Assembly (NCBI GenBank): GCA_035390885.1
Contig: DAOOUW010000002.1
Location: 12,092 to 76,091 of the forward strand
From: Bacteroidota bacterium
Lineage (GTDB): Bacteria; Bacteroidota; Ignavibacteria; UBA10030
DNA: 64,000 nt
Direction of reading: 5' to 3'
Part shown: positions 56,644 to 64,000 of the stretch, one piece after another
Layout of the letters: each line of letters opens with the position of its first letter
How positions within the stretch are numbered: position 1 is the first letter of the stretch
Made by a program: the position numbers and the translations under genes
The notes under the pieces: generated by a model
The model's input: the letters and a program-made list of their open reading frames with translations, nothing else
Databases searched by the model: none
Told to the model about the DNA's origin: nothing

Positions 56644-57474
56644 ATGCATTTGAAATGGTGTTATTACGTTGTTGGATTGACTCTTATAGGGATACTGATT
56701 ATTTCTGGATGTTCGAAAAATTTTGATGAGATTGTTGATTCTCAAGGCTCTATTCCGGTAATTACTCTATCTACAATCACCCCAAATGTAATCAATTCTG
56801 ACACAATCAATGTCAATCTCGTTCGTTCTCCTGACGATACATTGACTCCCCAACTTTTTATACAAACAAAAGCATTTGTTGTTGATCAATCCGATCCGAT
56901 AAAGGAAATACGCTATCGGGTAACTTCACCGGGCGATAATTCTTTCTATGACGAAGGCTCTCTTTTCGATAATGGAACTGCTCCTGATGGTCAGGCGCAC
57001 GACAGCCTCTATTGTGGATGGGTAACTTTAACTTTTCAACGTTCATTAGTAGGAACGCTCTCTGTCGACATCGTTGCTATCACAGAAAAAGGATTCCAAA
57101 GTACACATCGAATTATCCCGTTGACAATTCTGCGCATTAACCATCCACCTGTAATATCCGATTTAAATATGCCAGATATTGTTTACACAAGCGAAGAAAA
57201 TAGTTTCATCGTTACTTTAAAAGTATACGATCCTGATGGATTATCGGATATCTATCGTGTTTACAGATTAACTCCAGCGGGTAATAAATATGATTTAAAT
57301 GACGTAGGACTTAACGGAGATATTACCGCTCACAATGGAATTTACACCGAAACTGTTGCATGGGGAAAAAATGACGCTCCAACTCCCGGAAATTACACGT
57401 TCCAATTTTTTGCTGTTGACAGATCCTTAGATACAAGTAATGTTCTTACCCATACTGTGGTGATACAACAATAA
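56644..57474 (+). CDS. Lipoprotein with two Ig-like repeats (hypothetical)
   Basis: Lipobox LIISGC. Two repeats end in similar motifs: LFDNGTAPDGQAHDSLY and LNDVGLNGDITAHNGIY. Its stop shares 1 nt with the next ATG. Confidence 0.55.
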   Translation: MHLKWCYYVVGLTLIGILIISGCSKNFDEIVDSQGSIPVITLSTITPNVINSDTINVNLVRSPDDTLTPQLFIQTKAFVVDQSDPIKEIRYRVTSPGDNSFYDEGSLFDNGTAPDGQAHDSLYCGWVTLTFQRSLVGTLSVDIVAITEKGFQSTHRIIPLTILRINHPPVISDLNMPDIVYTSEENSFIVTLKVYDPDGLSDIYRVYRLTPAGNKYDLNDVGLNGDITAHNGIYTETVAWGKNDAPTPGNYTFQFFAVDRSLDTSNVLTHTVVIQQ

Positions 57475-59054
57475 TGAGACACATATCGATTTATTCGCTG
57501 ACAATGTTAGTAATGTTTAGCGCATCTGCTTATGCGCAGATACCAAAGAAATTTCAAGCATCCACCAATGAAATTACATCTTCGAATCTTCTAACCAATG
57601 TAATCAACGACATTGTTGTTCAAGGTGATACAATTTGGTTAGCAACCGAGCAAGGTGTAAGTTTTTCAAGAAGAGGAACCTTAGCGTGGGTAAATTTAGC
57701 AAACACAGCAACTTTTGACTCAAAGGGAATTGCTGCAATTGGGATTTACGGCAACACAATTTGCGCAGCCACTGGATATTCAACTTCACTTGGTGATGCT
57801 TCCGTAGCAACTGGTGGAGGATTGCACATTTCCACTGATCATGGAATAACATGGAAATATGTCCCTCAACCTGTTGATACCGGCACAGTCGACACACTTT
57901 GGTATGGGAACAATCTAATTCCAGCTTTGGCAATTACAGTTCCACAACAAAATATTACATATGATATTGCAGTTACAAGTCAAGCAATATGGACAGCGAA
58001 TTGGGCTGGAATGCTTCGTAAATCCACCGATAACGGCGCAACGTGGCAGAGAGTAATCCTTCCCCCTGACGATCTCGATGAAATAAATCCATCGATGACT
58101 TTGCAGTTTGAACTCTCTCCTGTTCAAAAAATTTACACTGTGAACGGCGTAAAAGATACATTACGGGAAAGTAATAACCACAAAGTATTTGCAGTGTATG
58201 CAAGTAACGATTCTGTGCTATGGGTTGGAACTGCCAATGGCATCAATAAATCAACTGACGGCGGCACAAGCTGGAAGAAATTCTCACATCAAAATCAATC
58301 AAAACCAATTTCTGGGAATTTCGTTGTTGCAATTACTGAGCAACAATGGAATGGACATTCGATTATCTGGGCAGCTACAAATAACGCTGTCGATCCTGAT
58401 GAAGTTAAAGGCGTGAGTTTTTCTGATGATGGCGGAGAAACATGGAAAACAGCGCTCCTTGGATTTTTTGTACATAACATTGCATGGAAAGATTCGATTG
58501 TTTACGTTGCAACAAGCAATGGTGTCTATCGCAGTGATGATTTTGGTATAACGTGGTCGAAGAATGGCTCTATCTATGATGCCAAATCACTCCAGCGTTT
58601 TGTTGATGAAGAAATTTACTGCGTTGGCGCTGCAGGCGATACAGTCTTTGTTGGTGGAATTGAAGGACTTGCCTATACAATTGATTCGCCGTCGAATCCT
58701 TTTGGCAGTGAATGGCATATTATTCGTACTTGTGAACAAATTGGTCTGGCAAATCGCACCTATGCATATCCAAATCCATTTTCGCCAGATTTAAATGTTG
58801 CCCGAATTCACTACAGCGCCCAAAAGATTTCAACAAGTTCCAATGTTGAAGTGTCTATTACGCTATTTAATTTTGCGATGCAACCAGTTCGCACTCTTCT
58901 TCACAACGCACCACGAAATGGAGGGAGAGAGTATGACGAATTATGGAACGGGAAAGATGATCGAGGCAACGTGGTTGCAAATGGAGTTTACTTCTATTCT
59001 GTAACACTCGATAACGGCGATCCAATCTGGGGAAAGATAATGGTGTTACGATGA
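57474..59054 (+). CDS. BNR/Asp-box beta-propeller protein with T9SS-type C-terminal sorting domain
   Basis: - Signal peptide.
- Five SxDxGxTW boxes: STDHGITWKY, STDNGATWQR, STDGGTSWKK, SDDGGETWKT, SDDFGITWSK.
- C-terminal YAYPNPFSPD...ELWNGKDDRGNVVANGVYFYSVTL. Confidence 0.75.
   Translation: MRHISIYSLTMLVMFSASAYAQIPKKFQASTNEITSSNLLTNVINDIVVQGDTIWLATEQGVSFSRRGTLAWVNLANTATFDSKGIAAIGIYGNTICAATGYSTSLGDASVATGGGLHISTDHGITWKYVPQPVDTGTVDTLWYGNNLIPALAITVPQQNITYDIAVTSQAIWTANWAGMLRKSTDNGATWQRVILPPDDLDEINPSMTLQFELSPVQKIYTVNGVKDTLRESNNHKVFAVYASNDSVLWVGTANGINKSTDGGTSWKKFSHQNQSKPISGNFVVAITEQQWNGHSIIWAATNNAVDPDEVKGVSFSDDGGETWKTALLGFFVHNIAWKDSIVYVATSNGVYRSDDFGITWSKNGSIYDAKSLQRFVDEEIYCVGAAGDTVFVGGIEGLAYTIDSPSNPFGSEWHIIRTCEQIGLANRTYAYPNPFSPDLNVARIHYSAQKISTSSNVEVSITLFNFAMQPVRTLLHNAPRNGGREYDELWNGKDDRGNVVANGVYFYSVTLDNGDPIWGKIMVLR
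58756..59051 (+). other. C-terminal sorting domain (FlgD-Ig-like / T9SS type) of the BNR protein
   Basis: Shares Y-x-Y-P-N-P-F ... W-[DN]-G-[RK]-D ... G ... [VI]-A-N-G-[IV]-Y-[LF]-Y with the C-terminus of the C25 protein. Confidence 0.65.
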
Positions 59055-60022
59055 AATTACGTCGGATTGTATACAAAATTACTTTGCTCTTGTTGGTTTG
59101 TTCATTGCCAATGGTTGCGCAATTGCAATCAGAAAATTCTTATAGCAACCTTGCAGGCGTACCTTTCCGCATGGGGTTTTACTCACGAGGCATTTCGTTC
59201 GGTAACGCAGTATCATCTCTAACAGATGGTACTGTTCCAGCTTATTATAATCCAGCGCTCCTCCCTTATTGTCAGCAATCAAGTTTTATGGCAACCTATG
59301 GAATTTTATCTCTCGATCGATCTCTCAATGCAATTAGCTTTATGCAGCATATCAATCCTAACGCTGGCTTTTCACTCTTCCTTTTGAATACAGGAATTTC
59401 AGATATCGATGGCAGAGATATCAATGGATATCATACCGAAACTTTTTCCACTTCAGAAAATCTTTTCGGTTTTTCATTTGGACTACAGCCATCAACCAAA
59501 CTATCATTTGGAGTTACAATAAAAGTTCTCTATTACTCTTTGTATCAATCGATAAAAAATACGACTGCTGGTTTTGATATAGGCGCGGTCTACAAACTTT
59601 ATGATGAACTTTCTCTCGGACTCGTTATACAGGATATTAACTCAAAGTATAAATGGGATACGTCAAAACTTTATGGAGAAGAGGGGAAATCAACAATAGA
59701 TCGGTTTCCACTGAGAAGAAAAATTGCATTGGCATATCAACCTCAGTGGGCTCATATAACAGTCGCTGGTGAATATGAACGAATCGAGAAAGAATCTTTA
59801 GTCCGATTCGGCGCCGAATTTTCACCTGTTAAAAATTTTGCTGTTCGTGCTGGAGTGGATGAAATTACTTTTTCTCGTGCATTCGATCCAACTCCTTCAT
59901 TCGGAGCTTCATTCCGGACAGAAGTCTTTCACATGGAAACTGAATTCCAACATACATATTTAATCGAACGGTACAGTCCAAGCAACATTCATTATCTTAC
60001 TCTCTATCTAAAATTTTTATGA
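59051..60022 (+). CDS. PorV/PorQ-family-like outer-membrane beta-barrel protein
   Basis: Signal peptide. N-terminal GFYSRGISFGNAVSSLTDGTVPAYYNPALL resembles the PorV-family G.RA.GMGGA......DA.A...NPAGL box. Amphipathic strands end in ...HYLTLYLKFL. ATGA overlaps on both sides. Confidence 0.55.
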   Translation: MKLRRIVYKITLLLLVCSLPMVAQLQSENSYSNLAGVPFRMGFYSRGISFGNAVSSLTDGTVPAYYNPALLPYCQQSSFMATYGILSLDRSLNAISFMQHINPNAGFSLFLLNTGISDIDGRDINGYHTETFSTSENLFGFSFGLQPSTKLSFGVTIKVLYYSLYQSIKNTTAGFDIGAVYKLYDELSLGLVIQDINSKYKWDTSKLYGEEGKSTIDRFPLRRKIALAYQPQWAHITVAGEYERIEKESLVRFGAEFSPVKNFAVRAGVDEITFSRAFDPTPSFGASFRTEVFHMETEFQHTYLIERYSPSNIHYLTLYLKFL

Positions 60023-60909
60023 AAATACAATCTTTAGTTTTAACCATGCTCATTTCGATCGTCCCTGCCATACTTTTTGGACAAGGAACTTCTACATCAT
60101 TTTCAGAACTCACTACTCCGCCAACAGCACAAAGTGCAGCGCTTGCATCATCTAATTTTACAACATCATCTCTCGATGCTTCATATTTGAATCCAGCTGT
60201 GCTTGGCGCATTGAAAACTCCATCGCTATTGCTCTCCACATCACGTTGGATTCAAGAAACTTCAACCTATACAGCTTCTATTGCTTTCCCAATAAAAAAA
60301 GGCACAATCGCAGCGAGTGTGTGGACGCTGTCCGTTCCCGATATCGAGGTTCGTACAAATCCCGGTGAGCCTGAAGGACTTTTTTCTTATCGATCTACTT
60401 TTTTCAGCGCGTCATACGCATTGACAGTATTCAAGAATATGTCTATCGGTGTAACGGGAAAATATCTTTTCAATAAAATTTATGTTGATGAGCTCGATGG
60501 ATTTGCCGTGGATGGTGGATTGCTTTATGGAACAGAGAAATGGAATTTAGGATTCTCCTTAAGAAATCTTGGATCAGTCAAAGAACAAAATCGAGATAAC
60601 GAATTACCAACAACAATCTCCATTGGTGGCAACTACAATATTCCAATATGGAAAATCGAATCAACAGTATTTTTAGGATTGTCATCGGAGACAAGGATAG
60701 AAAAAAATCATGTCCATGTAGGGCTCGAATCAATTTACGATGGCGTTATCATTGCAAGAATTGGTTACGTCAGTGGCTATGATTCTCACGGTATTTCATT
60801 TGGAGGCGGAATCAAATATTCACTTTTGCAACTTGATTACGCATACGTTCCATTCTCTTGCACACTAGGTAATTCTCACTTTGTAAGTGTTCGGTTTGGA
60901 CTAGAGTAG
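60019..60909 (+). CDS. PorV/PorQ-family-like outer-membrane beta-barrel protein, paralogue
   Basis: Signal peptide. AQSAALASSNFTTSSLDASYLNPAVLGAL box followed by RWIQETSTYTASIAFPIKKGTIAASVWTLSVPDIEVRT. Beta-strand periodicity ends in ...HFVSVRFGLE. Confidence 0.6.
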   Translation: MKIQSLVLTMLISIVPAILFGQGTSTSFSELTTPPTAQSAALASSNFTTSSLDASYLNPAVLGALKTPSLLLSTSRWIQETSTYTASIAFPIKKGTIAASVWTLSVPDIEVRTNPGEPEGLFSYRSTFFSASYALTVFKNMSIGVTGKYLFNKIYVDELDGFAVDGGLLYGTEKWNLGFSLRNLGSVKEQNRDNELPTTISIGGNYNIPIWKIESTVFLGLSSETRIEKNHVHVGLESIYDGVIIARIGYVSGYDSHGISFGGGIKYSLLQLDYAYVPFSCTLGNSHFVSVRFGLE

Positions 60910-60913
60910 AAGA

Positions 60914-61780
60914 ATGCGCATCGTTGGATTTACATTTGTCAAAAATGGTATTAAGTACGATTATCCATTCAGAGAATCATTATTATCACTGCTGCCGCTT
61001 TGTGATGAAGTAATTGTCGCCGCAGGTGATTCTGAGGATACAACCACCGAAGAAATCCGAAATCTTCATTCTCCAAAAATAAATATCATCGAAACCATCT
61101 GGGATCCAAAACTTCGAGAAGGCGGAAAAGTACTTGCCCAACAAACCAATATTGCGCTCTCAAAGGTAAAAGGAGATTGGGCAATTTACCTTCAAGCTGA
61201 TGAAGTGTTCCACGAAAAGGATTATAACGCCATCCTTGAAGCAATGGAACGGTACCAACACGACGAAATGGTTGAAGGATTATTATTCTCATACTACCAT
61301 TTTTATGGTAGTTATAATTATGTAGGGACTTCCAGACGTTGGTACCGAAGAGAAATTCGCGCATTAAAACCAAAAGCAGGTGTAACCTCATGGCGAGATG
61401 CGCAGGGATTTAGAATTAACGACAGAAAGCTTCGGGTAAAGTCTGTCGATGCTTATGTTTATCATTATGGTTGGGTAAAACCTCCAGCAATTCAACAAGC
61501 GAAACAGCGCTCATTTAATCTACTCTGGCATCCCGAAGAATGGATTGATAAAAAAATTGGCTCATCGAAATCATACGATTACATTACGCACGCTGGAGAA
61601 TTAAAGCCGTTTGAAGGAACGCATCCTGCTGTTATGAAAGAGCGAATCGCATCACAAAGCTGGGATTTTTCCTACAACGAAAACTTATCCAAGGAATCGA
61701 TGAAAGAATCTATGCTCAACTGGATTGAAAAAAGGACTGGCTATCGCGTCGGTGAGTATAAAAATTATATCATCATTTGA
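60914..61780 (+). CDS. Nucleotide-diphospho-sugar transferase fold protein (GT2-like)
   Basis: MRIVGFTFVKNGIKYDYPFRESLLSLLPLCDEVIVAAGDSEDTT and a later acidic motif YLQADEV. Starts 4 nt after the upstream stop. Confidence 0.5.
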   Translation: MRIVGFTFVKNGIKYDYPFRESLLSLLPLCDEVIVAAGDSEDTTTEEIRNLHSPKINIIETIWDPKLREGGKVLAQQTNIALSKVKGDWAIYLQADEVFHEKDYNAILEAMERYQHDEMVEGLLFSYYHFYGSYNYVGTSRRWYRREIRALKPKAGVTSWRDAQGFRINDRKLRVKSVDAYVYHYGWVKPPAIQQAKQRSFNLLWHPEEWIDKKIGSSKSYDYITHAGELKPFEGTHPAVMKERIASQSWDFSYNENLSKESMKESMLNWIEKRTGYRVGEYKNYIII

Positions 61781-61912
61781 TTTTTGGAATCTTTTTTCAA
61801 GATAATAACAACTGAAAAAATTCATCTTTTAGAATAGAATTCATTGCCCAGAATTCGGCTCCTTCCTCTTATCGCTTCCGGCTCATCATCACTTAAATTT
61901 CATATCCTCAAT

Positions 61913-62551
61913 TTACTTCTGATTATCATGTTTCTTTTGATCTAGCATAGCAAGAATTTTTGATACAACCATATCAATGGCAACAAGATTTTCTGCTCCA
62001 CGTGGTATGATAATGTCAGCCCAATGTTTGCTCGGCTCAACGAATTCCAGATGCATCGGCTTCACAGTTGCAAGATATTGTTGCATTACACTTTGAATCG
62101 ATCTTCCCCGTTCGACAATGTCTCGTTGAATTCTTCGGAGTAATCGCTCATCTGCATCGGTATCAATGAATATTTTTATATCCATTAAATCTCGTAATGC
62201 TTTTTCTACAAATATTAAAATGCCATCGACAATAATAATATCTTTAGGTTCGATGTGGCGCGTCATCTCCATCCGACGATGCGTTGCAAAGTTGTAAATC
62301 GGTTGTTCAATCGGTACCCCAGAACAAAGCGATTGTAAATCACGAATAAGTAAGTTTGTATCAAGAGAATCAGGATGATCAAAATTGATCTCTTCAGGCA
62401 ATTTGCCATTATAGTAGCTTAAATCTTTGTAGTACGAATCATGTTGAATAACGACGACATTAGAAGGATCGAGCCTTTCCACAATTTTTTTAGTGACAGA
62501 AGTTTTTCCTGAGCCTGTACCACCAGCAAGTCCGATAATTATTGGTTTCAT
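61913..62551 (-). CDS. udk: Uridine kinase
   Basis: P-loop IIIGLAGGTGSGKTS, then VIQHDSYYKD and DHPDS motifs. The likely start is MKPIIIG at 62551. The track ORF extends to 62599. Confidence 0.92.
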   Translation of the reverse strand: MKPIIIGLAGGTGSGKTSVTKKIVERLDPSNVVVIQHDSYYKDLSYYNGKLPEEINFDHPDSLDTNLLIRDLQSLCSGVPIEQPIYNFATHRRMEMTRHIEPKDIIIVDGILIFVEKALRDLMDIKIFIDTDADERLLRRIQRDIVERGRSIQSVMQQYLATVKPMHLEFVEPSKHWADIIIPRGAENLVAIDMVVSKILAMLDQKKHDNQK

Positions 62552-62636
62552 TCTATTTCCTTTTTCTTCAAATATACTTTTCAAAATGTGTAGTTTCAAT
62601 TGAAAAACAGTAGACTTTTTATCATTTTGTTGAAGT

Positions 62637-63752
62637 ATGATACTTTATATCCTTGTCGTTGCAGTACTATTTTACAGCATAGTTCAAATTGGATTGTGGA
62701 TTGGACTTTTAAGATGTCGATACTCAAAACAAAATGAACAGCCATTTGCATCAATTATTGTAGCAGCACGAAATGAGGAAGCTCATATTCCACAGCTCCT
62801 CAATTGCTTACTCTCCCAAACATATCCGCAATACGAAATTATTATTGCAAACGATAGGTCGACAGATAGAACAGGAGAAATACTAGCACAATATGCTCAG
62901 ACAAATCCTTCTTTGAAAGTTATTACAATTACATCGGTTCCCTCTGATATGCCGCCGAAAAAAAACGCTCTTACTCAAGCTATACGAGAAGCGCGAGGCG
63001 AAATATTATGCTTTACCGACGCTGACTGCTTGCCTCCTCCTGCGTGGATTCAAGAACTCGTCGCTGCATTTGATCCAACCATTGGGCTCGTTGCAGGATA
63101 TTCACCGTATCTTTATTCACACAATCAAAAGAAATTAAAATTGCTGCATTACTTTATTGCATACGAGGAATTTCGGGCAGCGCTGTTTTCTGCTGGTTCG
63201 ATTGGTTGGAATAAAGGCTGGCTTTGTACTGGAAGAAATCTTGCCTATAGAAAAAAAGTCTTCGAAGAAGTAGGCGGATATGAGAAAATTAAACACTCGA
63301 TCAGCGGCGACGACGACCTGTTCCTGCAGTTAGTTCGACGAACGACGAAATGGCAAATACGCTATGTGTTCTCTAAAAATAATCACGTACCAACATATCC
63401 TCCATCCTCTTTTCGGCAATTTGTTGAGCAACGAAAAAGACATTTTTCTGCTGCAAAATATTTCCCAATTTCTATGAAATTATTTTTTGCAATGTACCAT
63501 GGCTCGAACTTATTCATCATTCTCTTTTTTATCGTATCGTTCTTGATGCCAGGTGCAATTTTCTTTTCGTTACTTTCGCTCTTGATAAAGTTCTGTTCTG
63601 ATTATATACTTATTCAAAATGGCGCCATTGTATTAGAAGAACGTCAATTTGTCCCGTGGTTCATCCCAATGGAACTTCTCTATCTTCTGTATAACGTTTG
63701 CATCGGACCACTCGGATTATTATTCAAATTTTCATGGAAATCAGAAAAGTAA
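62637..63752 (+). CDS. Membrane-anchored family 2 glycosyltransferase
   Basis: N-terminal TM segment, ASIIVAARNEEAHIPQLLNCLLSQTYP, a DXD motif (TDAD), GDDDLFLQ, and C-terminal TM helices (processive/lipid GT2 architecture). Confidence 0.8.
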   Translation: MILYILVVAVLFYSIVQIGLWIGLLRCRYSKQNEQPFASIIVAARNEEAHIPQLLNCLLSQTYPQYEIIIANDRSTDRTGEILAQYAQTNPSLKVITITSVPSDMPPKKNALTQAIREARGEILCFTDADCLPPPAWIQELVAAFDPTIGLVAGYSPYLYSHNQKKLKLLHYFIAYEEFRAALFSAGSIGWNKGWLCTGRNLAYRKKVFEEVGGYEKIKHSISGDDDLFLQLVRRTTKWQIRYVFSKNNHVPTYPPSSFRQFVEQRKRHFSAAKYFPISMKLFFAMYHGSNLFIILFFIVSFLMPGAIFFSLLSLLIKFCSDYILIQNGAIVLEERQFVPWFIPMELLYLLYNVCIGPLGLLFKFSWKSEK

Positions 63753-63758
63753 GGCACA

Positions 63759-64000
63759 TGACTATTATACCAAAACAATACAAGAATGCTAAAATTACTT
63801 TTATCTTAAAGATACTAATCGCAGCCGTTACTTTGTACTTCGTTCTGACACTCGTTGACACACAACAACTAATTGCGCTTTTCCACTCTGCAAAGTATGA
63901 ATACGTAGCTTTAGGATTACTTTTTATTCCATTCAATTTAGGTGTTCGAATTGCTCGCTGGAATATTTTACTTTCCTCTCTTCACACTTCAATAGATTGG
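63759..64000 (+). CDS. Flippase-like UPF0104 (lysylphosphatidylglycerol-synthase TM region) protein, N-terminal fragment (3' end outside the window)
   Basis: Not in the ORF track because it has no stop. The ATG at 63759 opens MTIIPKQYKNAKITFILKILIAAVTLYFVLTLVDTQQLIALFHSAKYEYVALGLLFIPFNLGVRIARWNILL, the usual N-terminal pattern of this family. It is commonly paired with a GT2. Confidence 0.55.

Noticed and set aside
61781-61912. AT-rich inverted repeat TTTTTTCA...TGAAAAAA between the convergent GT2-like gene and udk, considered as a bidirectional terminator
   Set aside because: The stem is almost pure A:T with a 13-nt loop. That is too weak to call and could arise by chance.
1-64000. Search for CRISPR arrays, IS elements, integrases, prophage or toxin-antitoxin/defence islands
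   Set aside because: I saw no regularly spaced direct repeats and no transposase, integrase, recombinase or phage structural motifs. AAA+/nuclease-like genes are present (comM/yifB, mutS2, polX, uvrC), but they are standard housekeeping genes with canonical architecture.

Overview
This is 64 kb of AT-rich bacterial chromosome that is almost entirely coding: about 58 CDS plus one tmRNA. I found no rRNA, tRNA, CRISPR array, transposase, integrase or obvious prophage or defence island.

Several features suggest an FCB-group organism (Ignavibacteriota/Bacteroidota-like); this is an inference. They are FlgD-Ig/T9SS-type C-terminal sorting domains, PorV/PorQ-like barrels, a PorU-like C25 peptidase, and an ECF sigma/anti-sigma/LTXXQ module.

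Layout:
- 1-15.6 kb: surface-glycan locus with gmd-fcl-uxs, GT26, two GT2, two GT4, a GT-C-like membrane protein and a Wzi-like barrel. A 1765-aa C25/PorU-like cysteine peptidase carrying an ILEI (FAM3/GG-like) domain and a T9SS sorting domain sits inside it.
- 15.7-17.4 kb: ECF sigma module.
- 17.4-28.3 kb: housekeeping genes (ppx, prmA, dacB, secA, era, uvrC).
- 28.3-33.7 kb: LPS export/core module (msbA-like, two GT9, O-antigen-ligase-like).
- 33.9-45 kb: housekeeping genes, including a tightly coupled dusB-polX-orphan-nth-HD-rhomboid string, then ssrA (tmRNA) and dapF.
- 45.3-55.4 kb, minus strand: purL, mutS2, cvpA, yqeY, apt, rpe and others.
- 55.5-61.8 kb: M50 protease, then a five-gene translationally coupled operon (lipoprotein, BNR propeller with T9SS sorting domain, two PorV/PorQ-like barrels, GT2-like).
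- 61.9-64 kb: udk, a GT2, and a flippase-like UPF0104 fragment.

The best candidates for something undescribed are:
1. The C25/ILEI sortase-like giant embedded in the glycan locus.
2. The cargo plus dual PorV-like operon.
3. The orphan gene wedged between PolX and endonuclease III.

All family assignments come from reading motifs by eye. No searches were run.
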